A DNA stretch of 64,000 nt from Ignavibacteria bacterium (GTDB taxonomy: Bacteria; Bacteroidota; Ignavibacteria; Kapaibacteriales; UBA2268). Positions within the stretch are counted from its first letter, which is position 1; every line of letters starts with the position of its first letter. The notes under the pieces were generated by a model. That model ran no database searches, had not been told where the DNA came from, and worked only from the letters and a program-made list of their open reading frames with translations. Shown here piece after piece: positions 1 to 10,521 of this stretch. Location of the stretch: NCBI GenBank assembly GCA_037445895.1, contig JBBIJO010000001.1, positions 74,377 to 138,376 on the forward strand, given 5' to 3'. The translations under genes and the position numbers were made by a program.

Positions 1-822
1 GCTTTCTCCAATGTCGTCGTAGTAATGAAACAGTATCCAACAACGCTTTATGCAGGGTATTTAGAGAATCATCGTCAAATAGGATATGTTTTCGCGACAT
101 CTTCGCCAGTCATTATTTATATTGATTCTGTGGTTGAACAAGTTGATGTAAACTTAGATTATTCTAAAAAAGTTCGATACGATAGCCTCTGGATTTTTGC
201 AGACTCATTATTCTCTTATAGAAAAGAAAGTGGAGACGAATTGGTATGCAAAAAAAATACTCGAATTTTTCGAGACAAGTTTTCTGGAATTGCCGATTTC
301 GCCAAATATTACAGAAATCAGGATTATGGATACTTGCTTGATTTTCCCATTGTTTGGTACGATTCAACGGAGTTTCGGGGGGATTCAATAGTGTTTTCTT
401 TAAGGAATAATTCTCTTGATATTGTAAATCTTGTAGGCAACGGCAGGATATACTCTTACTCAAACGATGATGCTCGCTATGTAAATATAATTCAGAGCGA
501 TACATTTTGGATTCATTTCAATGACAACAAAATTTCATTTTTGAGCGGTAAAGGTAATTCTAAAACTTCTTATTTTCTTAAAGAAGAATCGGGGGGGGTG
601 AACCTTGCGAATTATGTATCCGATTCACTTCGTATCGATTTCTTCAACGACGAAGTCCAAAATGTTGTTTGGTTAGGTAATATTTATGGTGAACTTATTC
701 CGCAAAATATTTTTTCGAAAAATATTACAACATACATAAAAATTCCCGACGATTTTTTTATCAACAAACCAAGTTTAGATTCTCAACGTCGAATTTTATT
801 CAAAAAAGATACAAAAAATTAA
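1..822 (+). CDS. OstA/LptA-like periplasmic beta-jellyroll protein, C-terminal part (5'-truncated by window edge)
   Basis: Frame is open from position 1. Repeated beta-strand motifs (ADSLFSY, GDSIVF, SDTFWIHF, GNSKTSYF, SDSLRIDF) resemble Bacteroidota OstA-like proteins. Confidence 0.55.
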   Translation, partial: AFSNVVVVMKQYPTTLYAGYLENHRQIGYVFATSSPVIIYIDSVVEQVDVNLDYSKKVRYDSLWIFADSLFSYRKESGDELVCKKNTRIFRDKFSGIADFAKYYRNQDYGYLLDFPIVWYDSTEFRGDSIVFSLRNNSLDIVNLVGNGRIYSYSNDDARYVNIIQSDTFWIHFNDNKISFLSGKGNSKTSYFLKEESGGVNLANYVSDSLRIDFFNDEVQNVVWLGNIYGELIPQNIFSKNITTYIKIPDDFFINKPSLDSQRRILFKKDTKN

Positions 823-862
823 TTTTTTTTATTAATTTGGATTGTATTAAAAAATTGTAAAT

Positions 863-3800
863 GTGAAAGTTATTTATAGAAATATATTCTTTTTACTTCT
901 TTTTTGCGTTGCAACTTTCTATCTTTCGCATTCTCAGAATAAAAATTCTTCGTTCGAGGGAACCCATTTCTTGATTTCCTTTATGCAAAACGAAATTGTT
1001 ATTGACCCACGGTTTGGAGGTTTGCATCTAAAAGTATTTGTAACTCCATCGAATACAACAGATATTACGGTTGTTTTCCCGAACGATAGTATTGTAACTT
1101 TTAATTCAGTCAAAGAGGGGAGTATTCTTACTTTCGATGTGCCTACAAGGTTTGAAGCCTACGAATCGGAAGTAATTCGGCGGAAAGTCGTTGAAATCAA
1201 CAGCACAAGTCCAATAGTTGTTTATGGATTTTCTACCCAATATTTAACCTCCGATGGATATACTGCAATTCCTGTTGAAAAGTGGGGGAAAGAATATATT
1301 ATAATGTCTTACCCAAACGACCAGTACCTCGATTGGGAAAATCTTTCCTATGAAGACTCTCTATATAAAGCAACTCCGCGCCAAAGCGAATTCCTTGTTA
1401 TTGCAGGGTATGACGATACCGAAATAACCTTTTGGCCCAAATCTATCACCGAAAAAGGTGTCCAGCTTGGCTCTTTTAAAACTGTGAGATTGAACAAGGG
1501 GGATTGCTATTTAGTAAAATCTTTTCCTTTTACAAAGGGTTATGGCGATTTAACCGGCACTTTGCTGCGTGGAACCAAACCTTTCGGGGTCCTTTCCGGA
1601 CACGTTCGTTCGGCTGTCCCACAAAATCTTGTCCCAAGATGGGATTCGAAAAATCATCTTATCGAGATGTTAATGCCAACGAATGTTTGGGGCCGCGAGT
1701 TTATAACTGTTCCATACGGTACCAATCCACTTGGCGATTTAATTAGGATAACAAGTATATTTTCTAACACAACGATTACAGCAGAGTGGGCTGGTGGCAC
1801 TCAAACTTATGTAATCAACAATCAGGGTGGCTTTATTGATATTCCTTATGTTCCATATCCTGTTAAATGGATTTCTAACAACCCAATTCAAATAGCTCAG
1901 TTTCCTATGCATTCCGCACAAGATGGAGATTCTCCTAATTTCGACCCAGCAATGGCTTTAATACCTCCTTTGGAACAGTTCATTAACAAAATTACCTTCC
2001 AGACACCCCAAAATGTTTCCTGGAATCCTTCGCAGTTTGTTGGTCACTATATTAATATTATAGGGACAATTGATGCTCTCGATTCAAGTTATCTTAATGG
2101 AGTTCGCTTGGTCGATATTACTTCGAATATTAGAATTTATAAGTTGTTCAACGATAATTATTTTTGGGCGAACATTTTGCTAAATTATGGGAAATACACT
2201 GTGCAAGCAACACGAGGAAAGCTTAGTGGCGTGATTTACGGAGTTGGCTTAGCCGATGCTTATGCGCTTGTATTGGGCTCAAGTTTAAACAATCCTTACA
2301 TCAATGATTCTATACCACCGAGTATGTTCTACACTGTTGACTGTGGAAACATCGAAGGAACAATTGTCGATTCGTTGGCTAACAACGGCTCGGGTTTAGC
2401 CTATGTTTTTGCGATTAAAGATAGCACGTATAATTATAATTATTCAATTCCTACGATATTAGATACAACCAATGAAATTCATTTTTCTGCCCGTATAATT
2501 AATCCCTATCAGAAAGCTAAAATAGTCATAGAATCAAGGGACAGAAATGGCAATACGAAAAGATTTTCGTATTCATATATTCCACCTGAATTAAGTTTGC
2601 CGAATGAGATGAGGTTCGACAATGTTAGACCCTTCGATTCGCTGGCAAAAAAAATCATTGTCCGAGCTAAGAATGACACAGACATTACTATTTATAAAAT
2701 TAGGCTAAAAAATAATGATGCGCGTTTCGCTTTTGTATTTAATGAGCGTTTGCCGTTTAAAATCAAGCGGAATGATTCTAGCGTTGTGTTTGTTTCTGTT
2801 GCTCCTCGTGGCAATTTGAGCAATCTTATCGATACATTAATTTTAGAAACAGAGTGTAACTTACAATATGAAGTTCCTATTAATACTTCATTGTTTGATG
2901 CTCAGCTTAAAGTCGAAGGTTATGATTTCGGAAAAGTATTCGTGGGGGATACTGCATTTGGAAAGGTAAAAATAGTTAATCTAAGTACGGAACCAATTAC
3001 TATTGATTCGATTTCTATTTCAACTTATGTCAATGTCTTTTACAAAACTAATAATGCTAAAATTAATTTAAATGCGAACGATAGTATCACTTACGATATT
3101 AAATTCATACCCAAAAACAGGCAAACTTATAATTCAACGGTTGTTTTTTGCGATGAGATTCGTTTAAATCCCGAAGCTGAAATCAAAGGCGAAGGCATTG
3201 CTCCCAACATTCCATCGCTATTAGTTGACTTTGGTAAACTTCGAGTAGGACGCACCAAAGATACTACAATATACATTAAAAATTTAGGAAATGTTGCAAC
3301 CAATGTCAAGTTCGAACAATTTGTTTATTTAAATAATGCTTTTGATAGCTCTCAATTTATTTTTGATTCTCAAATCCAAGAGAGCGATTCATTGAAAATT
3401 CAACTAACATTTGCTCCGAATGATACTGGTTTTGCTTATTCAGAGGCATCATATTCTACACTATGGAAATACGGAGGCAATTTCACAATAAAAGTGTTAG
3501 GCGTAGGAACTCTTCCAGTAATTGAAATTTTCGATATTGCTTTCGATACAATCTATATTGATGAAGTTGTTTCGAAAAACGATTCGATTATTGCATCGAA
3601 GGGAAACGAGGATTTATTTATTTACGATGTTTTATCGGTAAGTGGCGATTTTAATTCTTTTGAAATTGACCTTTCTCCACTCAACAATTTTGTTGTTCCT
3701 ATTAGCCAATTATTAAAAATCCCAATTAAATTTACCCCTAAGCATATTGGATTCAACTATCTCAAGCTACTTGTCCTTTCCGACGCAGTCCCGGGATTTG

Positions 3801-4879
3801 GGATAAAATATGATACAATAACTTTAAGTGGTTATGCAATACCACGAGATACAATCAAAGTGAATTTAGAACTCGAAAAGCTTGGCTCCAATTATGTTTG
3901 CAACAATTACATAATTCAATATAAGATTCGCAACGAAGGAAATGTTGAATTAAAAATCACAGACCTCCAGGTCACGACTGAAAATGTTAATCCCTTTTTC
4001 GATAAAACTACCATAGTAGGTAAAGTTATACAACCTAACAATGAGTTCTATAGTTTGTTCGAGACTAATTCATTAGAAAGTGGACGTTCTCGGATAATTA
4101 TGAGAGTTGTATTGAACGATAGTATCGTAGTCAGCGATACGTTAGATTTCTTAGTAAATAAGAATCCACAAACAATTATTACTTCTCTTTTAACGAATAG
4201 GTTCGAAATAGGCGAAAAATATGTGTTGGCTCTTTCGGGTGAATTTCTTGAACCCAGCGAGTTTCCTTTCGATTTAAAAATTTTGTTGAAAGCCAATCCC
4301 AAACAGATTCTTATTCCTTCCGAAAAGCTATATTCCTTCGAATTCTCGAATGCATCGGGTAGCTGGGAAACTGTAGCAATTACCTCTATAACGCCTTTGA
4401 AGGAATTGCTGTTCAAAGTAAATAATATTAATTTGCAAGGAAAGAAAACAAAATGGGATGTCGAAATACCTTTCACCGTTTTGTTGAGCGAAGATTTCAC
4501 AGGTGAAATTTCGGCAGTATCTTTAGAAAATCAATGCTATTTGGAATCCAAAGTGATTAGTGAATTTTCAATTCTACCCGTTTGCGTTACCCCATTAAGA
4601 AACGTCGAGGTAATCGAAGGTTCATCTTTGCTCTCATTTTATCCTAATCCTGTCGGAGAAAGTTTAATTCTTGAAATATTATCTACAAAAAATGATTTTG
4701 TTAGAATAAAAATTTTTGATAAATTGGGAAATGTTTTTGTTGATAATAAAGAAATATATTTGAATAAAGGTATAAATGAAGTAAAATATGATTTTTCCAC
4801 TTTTTCAAATGGAATTTATTTATTAAAATTGCAATTTGAAAATGAAAATATTTATTTAATTATTATTAAATCTAATTAA
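863..4879 (+). CDS. Large secreted protein: IgGFc-binding N-terminal domain, Ig-like (choice-of-anchor D/ASH) repeats, T9SS C-terminal sorting domain
   Basis: GTG start and signal peptide ending SHS/Q. EGTHFLISF...IPVEKWGKEY...DLTGT...KPFGVLSGH motifs, repeated DFGKV/DFGKL Ig starts, and C-terminal YPNP...GIYLLKL. Confidence 0.75.
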   Translation: MKVIYRNIFFLLLFCVATFYLSHSQNKNSSFEGTHFLISFMQNEIVIDPRFGGLHLKVFVTPSNTTDITVVFPNDSIVTFNSVKEGSILTFDVPTRFEAYESEVIRRKVVEINSTSPIVVYGFSTQYLTSDGYTAIPVEKWGKEYIIMSYPNDQYLDWENLSYEDSLYKATPRQSEFLVIAGYDDTEITFWPKSITEKGVQLGSFKTVRLNKGDCYLVKSFPFTKGYGDLTGTLLRGTKPFGVLSGHVRSAVPQNLVPRWDSKNHLIEMLMPTNVWGREFITVPYGTNPLGDLIRITSIFSNTTITAEWAGGTQTYVINNQGGFIDIPYVPYPVKWISNNPIQIAQFPMHSAQDGDSPNFDPAMALIPPLEQFINKITFQTPQNVSWNPSQFVGHYINIIGTIDALDSSYLNGVRLVDITSNIRIYKLFNDNYFWANILLNYGKYTVQATRGKLSGVIYGVGLADAYALVLGSSLNNPYINDSIPPSMFYTVDCGNIEGTIVDSLANNGSGLAYVFAIKDSTYNYNYSIPTILDTTNEIHFSARIINPYQKAKIVIESRDRNGNTKRFSYSYIPPELSLPNEMRFDNVRPFDSLAKKIIVRAKNDTDITIYKIRLKNNDARFAFVFNERLPFKIKRNDSSVVFVSVAPRGNLSNLIDTLILETECNLQYEVPINTSLFDAQLKVEGYDFGKVFVGDTAFGKVKIVNLSTEPITIDSISISTYVNVFYKTNNAKINLNANDSITYDIKFIPKNRQTYNSTVVFCDEIRLNPEAEIKGEGIAPNIPSLLVDFGKLRVGRTKDTTIYIKNLGNVATNVKFEQFVYLNNAFDSSQFIFDSQIQESDSLKIQLTFAPNDTGFAYSEASYSTLWKYGGNFTIKVLGVGTLPVIEIFDIAFDTIYIDEVVSKNDSIIASKGNEDLFIYDVLSVSGDFNSFEIDLSPLNNFVVPISQLLKIPIKFTPKHIGFNYLKLLVLSDAVPGFGIKYDTITLSGYAIPRDTIKVNLELEKLGSNYVCNNYIIQYKIRNEGNVELKITDLQVTTENVNPFFDKTTIVGKVIQPNNEFYSLFETNSLESGRSRIIMRVVLNDSIVVSDTLDFLVNKNPQTIITSLLTNRFEIGEKYVLALSGEFLEPSEFPFDLKILLKANPKQILIPSEKLYSFEFSNASGSWETVAITSITPLKELLFKVNNINLQGKKTKWDVEIPFTVLLSEDFTGEISAVSLENQCYLESKVISEFSILPVCVTPLRNVEVIEGSSLLSFYPNPVGESLILEILSTKNDFVRIKIFDKLGNVFVDNKEIYLNKGINEVKYDFSTFSNGIYLLKLQFENENIYLIIIKSN

Positions 4880-4888
4880 GGTGTAGTT

Positions 4889-5752
4889 ATGAGACAAATC
4901 TCAACATTATTTATCCTGTTTTTAGTTTCGCTTCCGTTGTGCTTTGCGCAAGAAGAAGAAGGTCCAACCCCTCTCGGTCCCGGGCGTGGAAGTTCAGCCA
5001 TTTATCTTGGACCAGTCGTTGGTTACAATCGAGCTATTCATTCGGCGGATCTTGCATCCTTTGCAGACACTTTAAATCTTTGTCCCTCATTTAAGAATGG
5101 AAGTTCAAATGGGTTTTTCATCGGTGCGTTTTATGAACAAATCCTCGGAGGGATTACTTCTAAACATTCTGTTGTTGTAAGAGTTTTATATAGCACATTC
5201 CCTGCATCCTTTACTCAAGGAGGCGATACTTACCCTTCGCTTATAGATGATGGCAAAGGAGGGGTTACAACAATTCTTTCGACAACTCAACATACGCTCG
5301 ACGTTAAATATGGACTTTTGACGTTCGAAGCTATGTATAAATTTAATGTTACTTCTGGGATAGTTTTGACCGCGGGTCCCTCTTTCGATTTAACCCTTCA
5401 AAAGAACTTACTTCAAAAATATAGAATAATTGAGCCGAACAATGTTAGATTTAAAAAGCTTCCACAGGACCAATGGGCACAATATGGCATAGTTCGTTAT
5501 GAAGATAACGATAGGACATTGGTTAGTTGGGATGGCCCGTTGGCAAGAACTACTGTTACTAATACAAGTATTAAGGAAAATAGTTTCCGATTTGCTCTTA
5601 AATTTGGCGTTCAATACGAGATCATTACAGGTTCCAAAATCGATGTCATTCCTGGAATTTTTTACAATCTTGGCTTGACTGGTGTTAATAATGTCGAGAC
5701 GTGGAAAGTTAGTGCAATCCAAGCAGGTGTTGATGTTCGCTTTACATTATAA
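4889..5752 (+). CDS. Outer-membrane beta-barrel protein
   Basis: Signal peptide ending CFA/Q, alternating amphipathic strands, and C-terminal AGVDVRFTL beta-signal. Confidence 0.65.
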   Translation: MRQISTLFILFLVSLPLCFAQEEEGPTPLGPGRGSSAIYLGPVVGYNRAIHSADLASFADTLNLCPSFKNGSSNGFFIGAFYEQILGGITSKHSVVVRVLYSTFPASFTQGGDTYPSLIDDGKGGVTTILSTTQHTLDVKYGLLTFEAMYKFNVTSGIVLTAGPSFDLTLQKNLLQKYRIIEPNNVRFKKLPQDQWAQYGIVRYEDNDRTLVSWDGPLARTTVTNTSIKENSFRFALKFGVQYEIITGSKIDVIPGIFYNLGLTGVNNVETWKVSAIQAGVDVRFTL

Positions 5753-5772
5753 TTATTATTTAAATATTTTAG

Positions 5773-5804
5773 ACGCTTACACGTTGTTGTGTAAGCGTTT
5801 TTTT
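5773..5804 (+). terminator. Rho-independent terminator
   Basis: ACGCTTACAC-gttgtt-GTGTAAGCGT perfect 10-bp stem followed by a T run. Confidence 0.8.
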
Positions 5805-5829
5805 GTTTAATTATTTTTGTGTTGTATGT

Positions 5830-6345
5830 ATGGAACTACTTTGGTCGCCCTGGCGCACTCAATACATTGAATCCTTCAAGGACAACAATAAAAATGGCTC
5901 AACTTGCTTCGTTTGCGATGCGATAAATCATCCGGAAGAATCCCGACAAAGGCTTGTTGTTTTTAAAACTGATTTCACGATTATATTGATGAATAAATAT
6001 CCTTATAATGCTGGACATTTGTTGATATGTCCCAATAGACATACCGATAATTTTGAAAGTTTAAATGAAACCGAACTCTTGGACTTGATTCTTTGTGTCC
6101 GTAAATCAATGACTACTTTGGATGTATTATTAAAACCCCACGGTTATAATGTTGGTATTAATTTCGGAAGAGTTGCAGGAGCCGGATTGCCAGAACACGT
6201 TCACTTCCATGTTGTTCCGCGATGGAACGGTGACACCTCGTTTATTTCCGTTATCTCCGATACCAAAGTAATATCGCAATCAATCGAGGAAATTTTCGAT
6301 GATTTAGCCCACTTGTTTAATGATGCAACAAATATCGAACGATAA
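5830..6345 (+). CDS. HIT family hydrolase (Ap4A hydrolase/phosphorylase-like)
   Basis: LWSPWR, CxxC, NKYPYNAGHL and HVHFH histidine triad. ATG at 5830 is preferred because the upstream TTG lies in the terminator. Confidence 0.88.
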   Translation: MELLWSPWRTQYIESFKDNNKNGSTCFVCDAINHPEESRQRLVVFKTDFTIILMNKYPYNAGHLLICPNRHTDNFESLNETELLDLILCVRKSMTTLDVLLKPHGYNVGINFGRVAGAGLPEHVHFHVVPRWNGDTSFISVISDTKVISQSIEEIFDDLAHLFNDATNIER

Positions 6346-7162
6346 ATTCTTCCCTAAAAAAAAATTTGGGCAACATTTCCTTTGGGATAATAATATTGCT
6401 AAAAAAATAGTGTCGCTTTTAAATGTTTTCGATGGCGACTTCGTTCTTGAAATTGGTTTTGGCAAAGGGATACTTACACAGCATTTATTGCAAAAGTCGA
6501 TACATTATTTAGGGGTTGAAATAGATAATCAACTTTTTGTAGAGGTTTTGAATAATTTGCCTAAAAATTCGAACGCACAGATTCAATTACTTAATCAAGA
6601 TTTCTTAGATTTAAATTTAGTAGAAATTTATTCAATGATAAATCGAAAAATGAATATTATCGGAAACATACCCTACAATTTAACAAGTCCAATACTTTTT
6701 AGGTTGATGGAAAACTGCTTTTACTTAAAGAAGGCGGTATTGATGGTTCAAAAGGAGGTTGCCCAAAGATTAGTTGGCTCACCTAAAACCAAAGAATATG
6801 GAATTTTGAGTGTTCTACTTTCTGCGGTATCCGAGGTAAAAAAGAAATTCGACGTCGCTCCAAGTTGTTTTTTCCCTAAACCGAAAGTTGCCTCTTCGGT
6901 ATTGGAAATAGTCTTCCAAAATAATTTTGATATGGATGCTGAAACCATCGATAGTTTGAAACAAATTGTCAAGTCTGCATTTAGCCGCCGCAGAAAAATT
7001 TTACGTAATACGCTTTTTATCGAATATCCACTGGCATTGGAGCAGATGAGTTATCCCGAAATTGATTTTTTTGAATCTATCCAAACTAAACGTGCCGAAG
7101 AACTTTCGGTAATGGATTACTTGCAAATTTTAAAACTTTTTAAAAAACGTCAAGCGAAATAA
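6320..7162 (+). CDS. rsmA: 16S rRNA m6,2A1518/1519 dimethyltransferase
   Basis: PKKKFGQHFL, EIGFGKG, GNIPYNLTSPIL, MVQKEVAQRL, PKPKVASSV. Confidence 0.95.
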   Translation: MMQQISNDKFFPKKKFGQHFLWDNNIAKKIVSLLNVFDGDFVLEIGFGKGILTQHLLQKSIHYLGVEIDNQLFVEVLNNLPKNSNAQIQLLNQDFLDLNLVEIYSMINRKMNIIGNIPYNLTSPILFRLMENCFYLKKAVLMVQKEVAQRLVGSPKTKEYGILSVLLSAVSEVKKKFDVAPSCFFPKPKVASSVLEIVFQNNFDMDAETIDSLKQIVKSAFSRRRKILRNTLFIEYPLALEQMSYPEIDFFESIQTKRAEELSVMDYLQILKLFKKRQAK

Positions 7163-7163
7163 T

Positions 7164-8960
7164 ATGGATAACAAAGGCATACACGAAGAGGTTGATTATA
7201 AAGAGTTCGATTTCAAACTCGCCAGAAGATTGTTTAAATATATTACTCCACAAGCTAAATATTTTATTCTTGCGCTCTTTTTGATGCTTTTGACTACCAT
7301 TCTCGGTCCTTTGCGGCCATATCTTTCTAAGGTTGCGATAGATAAATTCGTTGTTCCGGGTGATATTGATGGCTTTTTTCTAATTATCATTTTTATCTTT
7401 ATTTTATTACTTTTACATTCAGCCTTACAATTTGGTGCGAGTTATTTAATGAATTGGATAGGGCAGAATGCTCTTTATTCGCTTCGGACACAACTTTTCC
7501 GCCATATTCAATCATTAGATATTTCTTTTTTCGACAATAATCCTGTTGGTCGTTTAGTTACTCGAGTTACAAACGACATCGATACAATTTCCGAAGCCCT
7601 TTCGGGCGGATTTATTATGATTTTAGTCGATTCAATCCTTATTGTTTCAATAATAGGATTTATGTTTTTTTTAAGTGTTGAACTAACTCTAATAAGTTTG
7701 TCTGTTGTGCCACTACTTTTTATAGTTACTTATATTTTTCGTAACAAAGTTCGTAAAATTTTCAGAGAAATAAGGAAAAGTGTGGCTCGGATAAACTCCT
7801 TTCTCAATGAGTATCTAAATGGTATTTTTACTATAAAATTATTCAATCGAGAACTATTTTTTCAACAAAAGTTTCGAGAAATAAATACAGAAAATAAAAA
7901 TCTTTGGATTCGAACAATCAATTATTATGCAATCTTTTTCCCAACAATAGAATTTTTGAGTTCAGTGGCATTGGGTTTAATTATTTGGTTTACTGCCGGA
8001 AATATTCTTTCTGGATTAATGACGATAGGAACATTTTTTGCCTTTATTCAATATGCTGAAATGTTTTTTAGGCCTATCCGTGATTTAACCGAAAAATTTA
8101 CTAACCTTCAAAATGCAATGGCATCTTCGGAAAGGATATTTCAACTGCTCGAAAAAACCCCAGAAATCCAGCCGGCGCATAGTCTAGTTGGATTCGATTC
8201 GCTGAAAAACGTTATCGAATTTCGTAATGTTTCTTTCAGCTACGATGGGAAAAGAAACGTCCTGAAAAATATTTCATTTAAAGTAAATAGTGGAGAAACT
8301 ATTGCTATTGTTGGTCCGACCGGTTCAGGAAAAACCACTATTATAAACCTTCTCTGCCGATTCTACGATGTTACATCGGGCGATATATTTATCGATGGGA
8401 TTAATCTTAAAAATTATTCTATCGAATACTTACGTAAAAAAATTTCATTGGTTAGCCAGGACGTTTTCCTGTTTTCTCGCACTATTCAGGAAAATATTTC
8501 ATTAGGGAAAGAAGACATTAGTTTCGAGCAAATATTAAATTCAAGTTGCAATATTGGTTCAATTAATTTTATAAACTTGCTCCCGGAGAAGTTCGAAACA
8601 AATGTTTTCGAAAAGGGAATCACGTTATCGGCTGGGCAAAGGCAGTTACTTTCATTCACTCGGGCAATTGTTCATAATCCAGATATACTAATTCTCGACG
8701 AAGCAACATCGAATATCGACTCCGAATTGGAAAAACTAATCGAGGATTCAATAGCTAAACTTCTGGAAGGTAGAACATCAATTGTAATTGCACATAGGTT
8801 TTCTACAATTCAACGTGCAAACAGAATTATTGTTCTCCATAAGGGTGAAATCAAAGAAATTGGAAGCCACTCTGAACTTCTTGAGAAAAATGGACTTTAT
8901 GCAAAGCTTTATCGTCTGCAATTTGAAAAAAACCATCAAACTATTTCTTCCGGTATATAA
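7164..8960 (+). CDS. ABC exporter, fused permease/ATPase (MsbA/MdlB-like)
   Basis: N-terminal TM domain, Walker A GPTGSGKT, signature LSAGQRQ, Walker B ILILDEAT, and IAHR switch. Confidence 0.92.
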   Translation: MDNKGIHEEVDYKEFDFKLARRLFKYITPQAKYFILALFLMLLTTILGPLRPYLSKVAIDKFVVPGDIDGFFLIIIFIFILLLLHSALQFGASYLMNWIGQNALYSLRTQLFRHIQSLDISFFDNNPVGRLVTRVTNDIDTISEALSGGFIMILVDSILIVSIIGFMFFLSVELTLISLSVVPLLFIVTYIFRNKVRKIFREIRKSVARINSFLNEYLNGIFTIKLFNRELFFQQKFREINTENKNLWIRTINYYAIFFPTIEFLSSVALGLIIWFTAGNILSGLMTIGTFFAFIQYAEMFFRPIRDLTEKFTNLQNAMASSERIFQLLEKTPEIQPAHSLVGFDSLKNVIEFRNVSFSYDGKRNVLKNISFKVNSGETIAIVGPTGSGKTTIINLLCRFYDVTSGDIFIDGINLKNYSIEYLRKKISLVSQDVFLFSRTIQENISLGKEDISFEQILNSSCNIGSINFINLLPEKFETNVFEKGITLSAGQRQLLSFTRAIVHNPDILILDEATSNIDSELEKLIEDSIAKLLEGRTSIVIAHRFSTIQRANRIIVLHKGEIKEIGSHSELLEKNGLYAKLYRLQFEKNHQTISSGI

Positions 8961-10500
8961 CTTTTCCATTGCAAATTGTTGCAACGACCTGTGTATCTTT
9001 TATTAATTCTGGTGGAGTATTAATTAAATCTCTGTCGAGTATCGTTATCTCGGCTCGGTTACCAATTACTAATTTCCCATACTGTTTGCCAATACTCAAA
9101 TGTGGGTTAATAGTGTAGGTTTTAATGGCATTCGTGATATTTAAAGACTCGTTGGAATAAATCTTTAAATTGTCATAACGTTGCCGGTTAACCATCGCGT
9201 CGATTCCAAAGAAAGGGTTTGCTGTGTCGACAGGAAAATCCGAACCACTACAAAGAATCACACCATTCGATATAAAACTTTTCCAACGATATGCATCTTT
9301 TGTGCGAGTTCCAAGACGCTTGGAAGCCATCGAATAATCAGAAATAAAATGATAAGGTTGAACAGAAGCCGCCACCCCAAGCCTTTGGAAACGTCTTACA
9401 TCTTCGTTTATGACTATTTGTGAATGCTCAATTCTTAGAAAAGGAAGGTTAGTGTTGTAATCTTGAATATATTTTTCATATATGTTAAGAACTTCGCTTG
9501 TTGCTCTATCTCCAATACAATGAATCACTAAACCAAGTTTAACTTCGCGTGCGATGTTAATTTTTTCATAAAGCTCTTCTTTGGTTAATAACTTAAAACC
9601 GTTCGTATCTGGTCTATCGGAATATGGTTCCCATAACCAGGCACCATAAGAACCTAATGCTCCATCCATATAAAGTTTAATTCCCGCTATTTCCAAAGAT
9701 AAGTCTTTCGACTCAACTACTACTTTATCGGTAGGGAAACGTTTGTGTCCATTAACGAATAGTTTGACTTGAATTTTTGGCTCATCGGTTTCGAAATATT
9801 TTTGATAAAGTGGCAAAAATTCGTATGGAACATCCATATCGTGAACCTCTGTTAATCCTAACGAAGCGACGAAAGTAATCCCATTCTTTAAGAATAACAT
9901 TAATTGCTCATTAGTGTAATCGGGAATATGTTTATATACCAAATCCATCGCATTATCGAGAAGAATGCCATTTGGAGTTCCGTTTTCGTCTTTAAGGATT
10001 TTTCCACCTTTTGGTTCAATAGTATCTTGAGTAATATTACATACTTCGAGAGCTTTAGAGTTGACCCATGCACAATGCCCATCGATACGTGCAATATAAA
10101 CAGGCTCATTTGGGAATAAGGAGTCGGCGAGTTGTCTCGCTGGAAGAGACGTATCGACCCAATTTTCGTTGTTCCAACCTCGCGCGAATACCCATTCACC
10201 ACGTGTAGGGGTCCACTCCTTTAGTTTATGTAAACATTCAAGAGCAGATTTGCATTTAGACAGATTTGGCATTGATAAAAATTCGCCGGCGCCCAAAAGG
10301 TGGATATGGGAATCTACAAACCCTGGATAAGCATAGGAATTGCCAAACTCTTCCCTTTTGCCATTGATTACTAATGTTAAGTTACCAAGTCCTTGGCGAA
10401 TATGAGAAATTTTCCCATTTTCGATATGAATTTCTCCCTGAAACATCAATTCGTTAAGTTTTAAAGAAAAAGAGACGAAGGAATTTTCCTTTTGGTTCAA
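8941..10500 (-). CDS. YtcJ-like amidohydrolase (Amidohydro_3)
   Basis: PGFVDSHIH, RIDGHCAWVNS, KLYMDGALGS, HCIGD, RIEHSQ, GSDFPV. The start may be an internal ATG. Confidence 0.88.
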   Translation of the reverse strand: MNQKENSFVSFSLKLNELMFQGEIHIENGKISHIRQGLGNLTLVINGKREEFGNSYAYPGFVDSHIHLLGAGEFLSMPNLSKCKSALECLHKLKEWTPTRGEWVFARGWNNENWVDTSLPARQLADSLFPNEPVYIARIDGHCAWVNSKALEVCNITQDTIEPKGGKILKDENGTPNGILLDNAMDLVYKHIPDYTNEQLMLFLKNGITFVASLGLTEVHDMDVPYEFLPLYQKYFETDEPKIQVKLFVNGHKRFPTDKVVVESKDLSLEIAGIKLYMDGALGSYGAWLWEPYSDRPDTNGFKLLTKEELYEKINIAREVKLGLVIHCIGDRATSEVLNIYEKYIQDYNTNLPFLRIEHSQIVINEDVRRFQRLGVAASVQPYHFISDYSMASKRLGTRTKDAYRWKSFISNGVILCSGSDFPVDTANPFFGIDAMVNRQRYDNLKIYSNESLNITNAIKTYTINPHLSIGKQYGKLVIGNRAEITILDRDLINTPPELIKDTQVVATICNGKVIYRKK

Positions 10501-10521
10501 TTATTTTAAATTGCTTATTTA

